From a virus (taxonomy: Duplodnaviria; Caudoviricetes): a stretch of 34,950 nt of DNA. The notes beneath the pieces were generated by a model. That model saw nothing but the letters and a program-made list of their open reading frames with translations, made no database searches and was not told the DNA's origin. The DNA is taken from positions 1 through 34,950 of IMG/VR virus record IMGVR_UViG_3300033067_001309; one strand, written 5' to 3'. This document shows, piece by piece, positions 25,694 through 32,933 of the stretch (its first letter is position 1; every line of letters starts with the position of its first letter). Made by a program: the position numbers and the translations under genes.

Positions 25694-26925
25694 GTGGCGC
25701 AGCCCTCGCCCTCCTCCTCGCCCTCTCGGCGGGGCAGTGGACCACGCTCGGGGACGATGGTGCTCTATCTCCTGTCCCCGCACGACCCGGCGCGCGCATC
25801 CTGGGCCTGGACGGTCGCAATCCGGGCGCGCTCGCTTCCCCGGTGGCTGACCCTCGCGGCACCGTCACGGTCACCCCCGCCCGAGCCTCGACCGGCACCT
25901 ACCTGACGAGCTCCAGCACGCTCGCCGGCGCCTCGGCCAACACCCTGCGCTCGGAGCCGGGTGGCATCCTCGTCGAGCCGAGCAGCACCAACCAGGCGAC
26001 GGTCAGCGACGCCATCGACAACGCAGCCTGGACCAAGACGGCCTCTGGCGCCGCCGTGCCTGTCGTCACGGCTGACCAGGCTGTGGCGCCGGACGGCACG
26101 ACCACGGCGGACCAGGTCGTTTTCCCGGCGGTGACGTCGCTGCAGTACAGCATCGTCGGCCTCTCGGGCTTCGTCTGGGCGGGCACGTCGCTGACGTGGT
26201 CGGTGTGGATGCGGACCGTCAGCGGGACGGGGAGCATCTACCTCTACGTCTACGACACGACGGGAGCGAGCTACCTCGGCAACACGCTCTGTAGCCTGAC
26301 CACGACCTGGAGCCGCTGCGTGCTCCAGATACCCACGGTCGTCTCTGGCCACACGATCAACACCTGGATCGGCAACGACAGGTCCGCGGGCTCGGGCATG
26401 TCCGACACCGCCGCCGTCACTATCTACGCGTGGAGAGGCCAGCCCGAGGCCCTGCCCTTCCCGACCTCCTCCATCGGCACGTCCGGCACCGCCGTCACGC
26501 GGGCAGCCGATACCGTAGCCGTAGCCGCCTCCGTGCTCTCGACCACGGCGGGCTCGGGGGTGATGACGGTCACCCCGGAGTGGAGCAGCTCGACCGCTGG
26601 CGCTGACCGGCCCATCCTCGACACGACCGGGCTACAACTCCTCTGGGTCAACGGCTCGACGGCCTGGCGCGCCATCATCGGTGGGCAGACGGTCACGAGC
26701 GGCGCCCAGACCTTCGCCGCAGGCGCGGCCCAGACCCTGCGCTGGCGCTACAGCACGAGCGGCCTTGCCTGCCTCTCGGTCAACGGGACCGAGACGTGCA
26801 GCGGCCTCGCCCCCTCGGCCCTGGTGCCCTCGGGCAACCTCTACATCGGGGGCAACAGCAGCGGCGGAGGCGGAGTCAACGTGGCGGGCCTGCGGCTGTG
26901 CTCCTACTACGGGGTGTGCCGATGA
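25690..26925 (+). CDS. Fibre/spike-like protein with lectin-like (LamG/CBM-type) domains and hydrophobic leader
   Basis: GTG 25690. RASTGTY..GILVEPSSTN..IDNAAWTK..APDGTTTAD..PTSSI.T.GTAVTRAAD..LYIGG is recalled from phage head-spike/tail-fibre proteins. Confidence 0.78.
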   Translation: MSGAALALLLALSAGQWTTLGDDGALSPVPARPGARILGLDGRNPGALASPVADPRGTVTVTPARASTGTYLTSSSTLAGASANTLRSEPGGILVEPSSTNQATVSDAIDNAAWTKTASGAAVPVVTADQAVAPDGTTTADQVVFPAVTSLQYSIVGLSGFVWAGTSLTWSVWMRTVSGTGSIYLYVYDTTGASYLGNTLCSLTTTWSRCVLQIPTVVSGHTINTWIGNDRSAGSGMSDTAAVTIYAWRGQPEALPFPTSSIGTSGTAVTRAADTVAVAASVLSTTAGSGVMTVTPEWSSSTAGADRPILDTTGLQLLWVNGSTAWRAIIGGQTVTSGAQTFAAGAAQTLRWRYSTSGLACLSVNGTETCSGLAPSALVPSGNLYIGGNSSGGGGVNVAGLRLCSYYGVCR

Positions 26926-27122
26926 GCGCGAAGCCGTGTCCCACCTGCGGCGTCCCCATGACCCCGGAGGCCGAGGAGAAAATGGTGCAGTCGATTGGCG
27001 GACTGCTTCGCAAGGCGTCCGCCGCAGTGGCTGCCCGCATGCTTCTCGTCTTTGCTGTTGGCATGGCGGTCAGCGTGCCGCTCGCCATCCTCGCCTTCGC
27101 CTACAGGATGGCCTTCCGATGA
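26922..27122 (+). CDS. Small membrane protein with CxxC
   Basis: ATGA coupling and a C-terminal hydrophobic helix. Confidence 0.65.
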   Translation: MSAKPCPTCGVPMTPEAEEKMVQSIGGLLRKASAAVAARMLLVFAVGMAVSVPLAILAFAYRMAFR

Positions 27123-27670
27123 CCCTCTCCGACTCCCTCAAGGCCAGCGCCGCCATGCTCGCCGGGGCGCTCGGCATGGCCCTGGCCCTCGGGCAGATGT
27201 CCCCCGGCGTCGAGGCCCCACAGGGGCACGTCCGCAAGGGCACGGCTGACCCGGGCTCGCTCGCGATGTGGTCCACCGTGCTCGCCAGCCCCGAGGCCGC
27301 TGCGGTCTGGGGCGTGGATGCTGGCGGCGCCCAGGTCTACGCCCGTGTCCGCGTGTGCAGTCTGCCCGTGGATGGCGGCACGGACCCAGGGCCTCTGGCG
27401 CTGCCGGGGCTCTACATCCTCTACGACGACGACACGGTGAGCCCGTGCCAGGTCGGGGATGCGGCGCTCGAGGCGTGGGTGCAGGGCCGGAGCGATGCAC
27501 CCTTTGCGTGCGCCTGCTCGCCCGGGCCTGCGTGCCTCGGCGCTGACGGTGGCCCGGCTCCGCAGGGGCTGACGCTGACGACGTGGAGCGGAATGTGCGC
27601 GCCAAAGAGCTGTGTGGAGCTCGCGGGCGTGTCGAGCTGGCCGAGCGGGTGCCCGGGGGGTGCACCATGA
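27119..27670 (+). CDS. Putative exported Cys-rich protein (8 Cys)
   Basis: ATG 27119. Hydrophobic AAMLAGALGMALALG leader, then ACAC..C..C..C..C. Confidence 0.72.
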   Translation: MTLSDSLKASAAMLAGALGMALALGQMSPGVEAPQGHVRKGTADPGSLAMWSTVLASPEAAAVWGVDAGGAQVYARVRVCSLPVDGGTDPGPLALPGLYILYDDDTVSPCQVGDAALEAWVQGRSDAPFACACSPGPACLGADGGPAPQGLTLTTWSGMCAPKSCVELAGVSSWPSGCPGGAP

Positions 27671-27846
27671 AGTGCCTCGTGACCCAGTGCCAGCGCGTCG
27701 CTCGTGAGGGTGTCTCCGTCTGCGTCGGGCGGACGCAGTGGGGCGCCCTCTATCAGACCGTGCCGCTCTGCTCGGAGCACGCGGTGCAGATCGTGGGAGT
27801 GGGACCGACCCCTCCGCCTCGGCCAGCCGACCAGGGGGTGTGGTAA
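27667..27846 (+). CDS. Small Cys/His zinc-finger-like protein
   Basis: C-x4-C...CSEH and ATGA coupling. Confidence 0.6.
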   Translation: MKCLVTQCQRVAREGVSVCVGRTQWGALYQTVPLCSEHAVQIVGVGPTPPPRPADQGVW

Positions 27847-28022
27847 TGAGCGACCTCGACCGCCTCCGCGCCGCTGCCGAGCGCCAGGACCCGCCACCGC
27901 CTCCGCCGCCTCCCGGGATCGTCCGCTGCCACCGCTGCCGCGTCGTCACGGGCCGGTGGCACACGGTCGGGGACCGCCACCTCTGTCCCGAGTGCGACCT
28001 CAAAGAGGAGGCCAAGCGATGA
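27846..28022 (+). CDS. Small poly-Pro/zinc-finger-like protein
   Basis: TAATG coupling; CHRC..CPEC. Confidence 0.6.
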   Translation: MSDLDRLRAAAERQDPPPPPPPPGIVRCHRCRVVTGRWHTVGDRHLCPECDLKEEAKR

Positions 28023-28195
28023 GCAAGTACCCGAAGCCGACCCCCGAGCAGCACCGGCTGCTGACGCTCATCCTCGGCAAGCAGACCGCCGACCGCCTCA
28101 GCACTGACGAGGGCGTGGACGAGATGATGAGCGGCTACCTGGCCAGCCCCGACCCCTTCCCCGCGATGGTGAAGCGCAAGGAGGCCAAGCAATGA
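28019..28195 (+). CDS. Hypothetical protein (58 aa)
   Basis: GGAGG SD and ATGA coupling at both ends. Confidence 0.7.
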   Translation: MSKYPKPTPEQHRLLTLILGKQTADRLSTDEGVDEMMSGYLASPDPFPAMVKRKEAKQ

Positions 28196-28548
28196 GCCGC
28201 GACACGGTGCCCACGCCCGCCGTCCAGGCTCGCCCCGCGACTCCCCCGGGCGGCTCCTCGACCTCGGCGCTCACCCTGGCCAGCCTCGCCACCGCCGTCG
28301 GGCTCTGCTCGGCGCTCGCGGGCGCAGTCGGCTCCTACGCCGTCACCGGCTGGCGCGTGTCGGCGCTGGAGACTCGGGCGTCGTCGCTCGAGTCCAAGCT
28401 GGAGGCGGCTCTCTCCACCCAGACCAGCACCGCCCAGCGCGTCGCCATCGTCGAGACGAGGCTGGACGGCCTGGCCCACGGCATCGACCGGCTAGAGGCG
28501 GGCCTCGCCCGCGTCGAAGCCAAGCTGGACACCCTCAAGGCCCACTAA
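28192..28548 (+). CDS. TM plus coiled-coil protein (lysis-cassette associated)
   Basis: Hydrophobic helix followed by heptads; GGAGG SD. Confidence 0.75.
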   Translation: MSRDTVPTPAVQARPATPPGGSSTSALTLASLATAVGLCSALAGAVGSYAVTGWRVSALETRASSLESKLEAALSTQTSTAQRVAIVETRLDGLAHGIDRLEAGLARVEAKLDTLKAH

Positions 28549-28561
28549 CCAGGAGTCACAC

Positions 28562-28852
28562 ATGAACATGAAGCCCTGCGTCGATTGCGGTCAGCCGTCT
28601 GCCTGCGTCGAGTTCGTCCCCATGGAGTACGTCGACGGCCTCGGGCAGGTCCATCGAGGCATCGACGAGCACCCGAAGTGCGAGGCCCATCGCACGAGCG
28701 GACTGAAACTCGGCACCGTCCAGGGCCAGGTCCACTCCATGGCTGCCATCGGCGACAAGGTGGTCGTCAACGTCTCCTTCGAGTTGACCAAGGAGCAGGC
28801 CGCCAAGACGAACATCGGCCACTTCCTCAACTGCTCGCTGGAGACCCCATGA
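28562..28852 (+). CDS. Hypothetical zinc-finger-like protein
   Basis: CVDC...CEAH; AGGAG SD. Confidence 0.7.
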   Translation: MNMKPCVDCGQPSACVEFVPMEYVDGLGQVHRGIDEHPKCEAHRTSGLKLGTVQGQVHSMAAIGDKVVVNVSFELTKEQAAKTNIGHFLNCSLETP

Positions 28853-29442
28853 AGCCCATCCTCTTTGTCCTCGCCCTCCTCTTCGCTGCCCCCGCGCTCG
28901 CCGTCGAGCCCTCGGTCATCGCCCCGCCTGCCTCGGGGGCCATCTGGGCGTGGCTGCTCCAGGTGCTCGGCCCCGTCGTGCTGCCCGTCCTCGTCGGGCT
29001 CGTCTTCCTGCTCCTGGGCGGGCTACTGCATCTGGTCGCCGTCGCCATCTCCCACATCAAGGCGGGCAGGGTGCGGCACTACCTGCTCGCCATCACGGAC
29101 GGGGCCCGGCAGGGCGTCGCGAGCGTGGAGCAGACCATCCGGCCCCAGCTCCCGGACCACCTGAGCCCCGAGGAGGCCCAGAGACTCAAGGACGCGGCGA
29201 TCAAGAGCGCCCTGGACTACGTCAAGAGCTTCGGTCTGGACGCGGTCAAGGCCAGCCTCAAGCTCACGGACGAGCAGCTCCTCGAGCGCCTCGGGGTGGC
29301 GGTGGAAGCGGAGGTCGCGGCGGCGCCCAGCTCGGCACCGGAGCCCACCGAGGCCAAGGGGCCTGCCGACAAGGTCATCGCTGCCGTGACCTCCGACGGG
29401 CGCAAGGTCATCGGGGTGGCGCCGCCGAGTCCCGCGCCGTGA
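28849..29442 (+). CDS. Putative holin (LL-H-like) with N-terminal signal-peptide-like segment
   Basis: ATG 28849. Long TM segment then ARQGVASVEQ..EAQRLKDAA..AVEAEV. Directly upstream of the endolysin. Confidence 0.7.
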   Translation: MKPILFVLALLFAAPALAVEPSVIAPPASGAIWAWLLQVLGPVVLPVLVGLVFLLLGGLLHLVAVAISHIKAGRVRHYLLAITDGARQGVASVEQTIRPQLPDHLSPEEAQRLKDAAIKSALDYVKSFGLDAVKASLKLTDEQLLERLGVAVEAEVAAAPSSAPEPTEAKGPADKVIAAVTSDGRKVIGVAPPSPAP

Positions 29443-29987
29443 CCGTCGCCTGCTACCAGCTCACCGAGGCCGAGCTCTACCACTCCATCCGGGAGCTGAA
29501 CCGGGAGGACGCCGCCGCGCTCATCGCCCCAGTGCGCCTGATGCTGGCCGAGGCCGGCGCCAGCACCCCGCTCCGCATCGCCCACCTCCTGGCCCAGATC
29601 GCCCACGAGTCGGGCGGGCTCCGCTACCTGGTGGAGCAGGGGGCCGATGCCGGGGCGGCCTACGAGGGGCGCAAAGACCTGGGCAACACCCAGCCTGGGG
29701 ACGGGCGCAGATACAAAGGCAGGGGATGGGTCCAGCTCACGGGCAGGGGCCTGTACGACGCGGCAGGCAAGGCGCTCGGCCTGGACCTGGTCGGTGACCC
29801 CGAACTGGCGGCGCGGGTGGAGGTGAGCGCCCGGGTGGCTGCCTGGTACTGGCGCACACACGGCTGCTCGGAGCTGGCCGACCGGGACGACCTGGAGGGC
29901 GTGACACGGCGCATCAACGGCGGGGAGAACCACCTGGAGATGCGCCGCGCCCGCCTCGTCCATGCCAAGGCGGCGCTGGGTCTCTGA
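29439..29987 (+). CDS. Endolysin, glycoside hydrolase family 19
   Basis: AQIAHESGGLRYLVE..YEGRKDLGNTQPGDG.RYKGRG..QLTGR..VTRRINGG. GTG start 29439. Confidence 0.95.
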   Translation: MTVACYQLTEAELYHSIRELNREDAAALIAPVRLMLAEAGASTPLRIAHLLAQIAHESGGLRYLVEQGADAGAAYEGRKDLGNTQPGDGRRYKGRGWVQLTGRGLYDAAGKALGLDLVGDPELAARVEVSARVAAWYWRTHGCSELADRDDLEGVTRRINGGENHLEMRRARLVHAKAALGL

Positions 29988-30064
29988 CTGTGACACGGGT
30001 GTGCCAGACGCGAGCGGATCGGGGCGGAAAACGGCGCACTAGCCGGACACCAGCCAGGAACACA

Positions 30065-30097
30065 AAACCCGCTCCAGCTGGTGGCCAGAGCGGGTTT
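30065..30097. terminator. Probable bidirectional terminator
   Basis: AAACCCGCTC-13 nt-GAGCGGGTTT between the convergent lysin and int/tRNA fragment. Confidence 0.7.
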
Positions 30098-30115
30098 AAG
30101 GCTGCTTTGCTTGTC

Positions 30116-30161
30116 CTGGGGGACTAGGATTCGAACCTAGATAAGCAGATTCAAAGTCTGC
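30116..30161 (-). tRNA. 3' half only of tRNA-Gln(TTG), the attP core; not a complete gene
   Basis: Minus strand GCAGA-CTTTGAA-TCTGC-TTAT-CTAGG-TTCGAAT-CCTAG-TCCCCCA-G. The D arm and 5' acceptor strand are absent. Confidence 0.88.
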
Positions 30162-30195
30162 GCGCCGGACAGCGTATAAGCAGAGCAGCGGCCCG

Positions 30196-30942
30196 CTAGG
30201 GCTCTTTTGCCCAGTCTGTCACCTCTGACTGTGACGCCGGTGTGCCAGTGAGACGCTGGCCGAGCTGCTCCATCGCGTCGTCGAGCTGGCTGGGCGCGAT
30301 GTGCCCGTAGACCCGGTCCACCATCGCGGTGCTGGCGTGGCCCATCAGGGTGGCGACGACCTTCAATGGGATGCCCGCCCGGACCATCGTGGAGGCGAAG
30401 GTGCGGCGCAAGTCGTTGGGGCTGACCTTGGGGATGCCCGCTCGCTTCGACGCCCTGGCGAGCACCAAGGGCGGGTTGAGCCAGGGCACCACCAGGGCGC
30501 CGGTCTGGGGCTTGCGCGCCTTCAGGGCATCCTCGAAGGGCTTGGCCAGCGGGATCCAGCGCCGGGCCTTCTGGGTCTTGGTGCCCGGGAGCTGGATGCG
30601 CTTGGCCTTCCAGTCGATGTGCGACCACTCGAGGGCGTTGACCTCGCTCAGCCGACCCCCCGTGTAGAGCGCGACCGTCACCCACCAGGCCCGGTCAGGT
30701 TCCAGCTCGGCGGCCAGCTTCTCGACCTCGGCGGGCTCGAGGACGCGGTTCCTGGGGACGTATCCGGAGCGCCACGACGGCACCACCTGCTCGGGCTCGT
30801 GGGCGACGTACCCGCGCCGGTGGGCCTCGCGGAGGGCGCAGCGGAGGACCGTCAGCTCCTTGGCGATGGTGTGGTGGCTGGCCTGGTCGGCCTGCCTCGT
30901 CGAGATGTACCGGAGCACGTCCTCGCGGCGCAGCTCGCGCAC
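30196..30942 (-). CDS. int: Tyrosine integrase, core-binding/catalytic part (downstream of in-frame TAG)
   Basis: YTGGRLSE, GTKT, NDLRRTF, MGH and RVY catalytic motifs. Confidence 0.92.
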   Translation of the reverse strand: MRELRREDVLRYISTRQADQASHHTIAKELTVLRCALREAHRRGYVAHEPEQVVPSWRSGYVPRNRVLEPAEVEKLAAELEPDRAWWVTVALYTGGRLSEVNALEWSHIDWKAKRIQLPGTKTQKARRWIPLAKPFEDALKARKPQTGALVVPWLNPPLVLARASKRAGIPKVSPNDLRRTFASTMVRAGIPLKVVATLMGHASTAMVDRVYGHIAPSQLDDAMEQLGQRLTGTPASQSEVTDWAKEP

Positions 30943-31242
30943 CTACACCTCGCCCAGGAGGCGGACGAGGTGGCCCGAGTTGTCGGTGTAGGCGCTCCGG
31001 GTGGCAGGGGAGCGGTGGGGCATCCCGTGCTTGATGAGCCAGTTGCAGGCCTCGGTCACGCTGTGCGGCGCGTCCTCGGATACACCGCCCGGACTACGAG
31101 CTCGTCGTTCGGCGTCGGCGAGGTACGCCTCCGCCCCTTTGAGCGTGGTGCAGCGGGTGGTCTCCCGGATGCGCCGCTTGCCGACGTAGTACGAGCACCA
31201 GTAGACCTTCCCGCGCTTCCAGATCCTGTGCTGCTTTCGCAT
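30943..31242 (-). CDS. int: Tyrosine integrase, N-terminal part (ends at TAG, in frame with the catalytic part)
   Basis: IWKRGKVYWCSYYVGKRRIRETT arm-binding-type domain, then SPATRSAY. Same frame as 30196-30942. Confidence 0.85.
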   Translation of the reverse strand: MRKQHRIWKRGKVYWCSYYVGKRRIRETTRCTTLKGAEAYLADAERRARSPGGVSEDAPHSVTEACNWLIKHGMPHRSPATRSAYTDNSGHLVRLLGEV

Positions 31243-31409
31243 GCCGCTTCCTCGTGAGCCTTCACCCAGCGCTCGAATGCCTCCTCGCTGACCCGCCGGG
31301 CACGCCCCACGCGCAGCCCGGTCATCTCGTCCATCAGCTCGTAGGCTCTGGAGCGGCTGACCTGGAGGCGCTCCTGGATGTCCTTGGCCTTGAGGTAGCG
31401 CTTGGTCAC
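31056..31409 (-). CDS. Excisionase-like (AlpA/HTH_17) protein, C-terminal tail overlapping int
   Basis: YLKAKDIQERLQVSRSRAYELM..LRVGRARRVSEEAFERWV. Confidence 0.82.
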   Translation of the reverse strand: MTKRYLKAKDIQERLQVSRSRAYELMDEMTGLRVGRARRVSEEAFERWVKAHEEAACESSTGSGSAGRSTGARTTSASGASGRPPAAPRSKGRRRTSPTPNDELVVRAVYPRTRRTA

Positions 31410-31753
31410 GGATTCCTCCCTTCGGCCTTGGCGATGGCTTTGCGGATGCGCCTCAATTCGGCCTGCTTCTCCCAGAGCACCTTCTTGGTTTCCCTGTTGC
31501 TGACACTGAGGCAGCCCATCGCCTCAAGCGCCTTCTCGGCTCGCTTGAGAGCCTTGAGGAGGTCGGGTGCTGCGGCGATGAGGCGGGCGTTGGCGATTCG
31601 CTGACGCTTGGGGATTTCCTCGTCCAGGTCGTCCATCTCGCAGACGGTGCCTCTGTAAGACGAGAGCGAGAGCGGCGACGCCTTGGTGTCCTTGTTCGCT
31701 GCGTACACGCCCTCCCTCCAGACAATCCACGGCCCCGGCGTGTGCTTGCTCAT
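31406..31753 (-). CDS. Conserved phage early protein (HTPGPW / ANARLIAAAPDLL family)
   Basis: Both motifs are present; ATG 31751-31753. Confidence 0.85.
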   Translation of the reverse strand: MSKHTPGPWIVWREGVYAANKDTKASPLSLSSYRGTVCEMDDLDEEIPKRQRIANARLIAAAPDLLKALKRAEKALEAMGCLSVSNRETKKVLWEKQAELRRIRKAIAKAEGRNP

Positions 31754-31926
31754 CAATGCAACTCCTCCGCCGGAGTCGCCACCTGCACCAGGCGCTCCAG
31801 CTCGGCCACGATCTCGGCCTCGCGCTCCGGCGTCACGCCTCGGCCCAGTTCCTCCAGCAGCGCCAGCACCCTCGGGTCAGGCGGATGACGTGGACGGGCG
31901 AGGTACTCGCGAACGTGGTCGCTCAT
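31753..31926 (-). CDS. 57-aa hypothetical protein (MSDHVREYLARPRHPPDPRVLALLEELG...)
   Basis: Manual translation. GGAGG SD, coupled at both ends, absent from the ORF track. Confidence 0.7.
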   Translation of the reverse strand: MSDHVREYLARPRHPPDPRVLALLEELGRGVTPEREAEIVAELERLVQVATPAEELH

Positions 31927-32087
31927 GTCGTCCTCCTCTCCGCCTTGGCGATGGCCTTGCGGAGCTTCTCGGCAACGCCGACGTCGCCGAGCTTGGTGTT
32001 CTCGAAGATGAACAGGGCGGACTTGGCGGCCCTGTAGAGGTCGCCCAGGGCGCTGCTATCTAACAGCTTCTCCTTGGGCTCGGTCAT
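31923..32087 (-). CDS. 54-aa protein ending LRKAIAKAERRTT
   Basis: ATGA coupling; shares its C-terminal motif with 31406-31753. Confidence 0.7.
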   Translation of the reverse strand: MTEPKEKLLDSSALGDLYRAAKSALFIFENTKLGDVGVAEKLRKAIAKAERRTT

Positions 32088-32419
32088 CGGCCGTCCCCGA
32101 GCAGGTTCTTGGCCTTGGCGCGCATCTCCGCCTTCCACTTCTCGCTGTAGTGCTTCCGACACAGACCCTTGGCTACGGCCCTGGACGAGCACATGGCGCA
32201 GGACGCACTGCCCGGAGTCTTGCCGTTGCCCGTCTTGGTGGTGCAGAGCGGGGGCTGCGTGGGAATCGGCTCCCCGAGTCTGGCCGCGACCGTCGCCAAG
32301 CTCCCAGACCTGAGACCGAGAGCCTTGGCGAGGCTGCTCCTGCTGCTGTGCTTCGGCGCCTCCTCGCGGATGAGGCGTCGTTGGAACTCGTCGACTTCAG
32401 CCCAGAAATCGCGCTTCAT
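32084..32419 (-). CDS. Fis-like HTH fused to a CxxC..C..H zinc finger
   Basis: VDEFQRRLIRE..SRSSLAKALGLRSGSL..ARLG and CAMC..AKGLCRKHY. Confidence 0.7.
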   Translation of the reverse strand: MKRDFWAEVDEFQRRLIREEAPKHSSRSSLAKALGLRSGSLATVAARLGEPIPTQPPLCTTKTGNGKTPGSASCAMCSSRAVAKGLCRKHYSEKWKAEMRAKAKNLLGDGR

Positions 32420-32730
32420 CGGGTCACCTCCTCAAGGACTGCGAGCAGCTTCGGGAGGTCGTCCCGAAGCTGCTGGGTGTGCTGCTGGATGAGGGCCAGG
32501 CACTGCGCCTGGTCCTCAGGGGTGGCGGTGGGCCTGGCGAGCTGGCTGAGCGTCAGCACCAGGTCCTCCGCGATGTAGGCCAGCGTGTGGGCCTCCTCCC
32601 GGGCCCGGAGGAGCGCATCCCTCCGGGCGGCGGCAAGGGCCCACTCGAGTTGCTCGGCGGGGCTGCCGTCGGGGCGGTCGCCCTGGGCGGCGAGCACCAG
32701 CGTCTGCGGCGGAGTCGGGCGGCGGGTCAT
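32416..32730 (-). CDS. Hypothetical helical protein
   Basis: ATGA coupling; GGGAG SD. Confidence 0.7.
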   Translation of the reverse strand: MTRRPTPPQTLVLAAQGDRPDGSPAEQLEWALAAARRDALLRAREEAHTLAYIAEDLVLTLSQLARPTATPEDQAQCLALIQQHTQQLRDDLPKLLAVLEEVTR

Positions 32731-32933
32731 CGCTGGATCTCCCGATGGAGGGCGGCGGCCCACTCCTCGCGGGTGGCGCCCATCTGGGCTGCGATTCGGG
32801 CGGCCTCCTGCAGCATCCCGTCGAGGAGCCCCATGCGCTGCTCGGGGTCCACGTCTCGCGAGTACACCCGCTCGGCCTGCTGAGGTGCGGTGGGGTCCGG
32901 GGCGGTGGCCCCGGGGCCGGTTCTTCTCCTCAT
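32727..32933 (-). CDS. Hypothetical protein
   Basis: GGAGG SD; ATGA coupling. Confidence 0.65.
   Translation of the reverse strand: MRRRTGPGATAPDPTAPQQAERVYSRDVDPEQRMGLLDGMLQEAARIAAQMGATREEWAAALHREIQR

Larger units (their letters stand above)
29982..30248. other. attP region: tRNA-derived core flanked by 26-bp direct repeats (putative arm sites)
   Basis: CTCTGACTGTGAC(A/G)C(G/C)GGTGTGCCAG at 29982-30007 and 30223-30248 (24/26 identical). Confidence 0.85.

Noticed and set aside
30116-30190. Complete phage-encoded tRNA
   Set aside because: The 5' acceptor strand and D arm are missing, so it is interpreted as the att core.
30943-30945. Genome-wide TAG recoding
   Set aside because: TAG ends several genes sensibly (170, 7533 and 7536 tail-to-tail, 8169, 30196), no other long gene is interrupted, and no suppressor tRNA is present.
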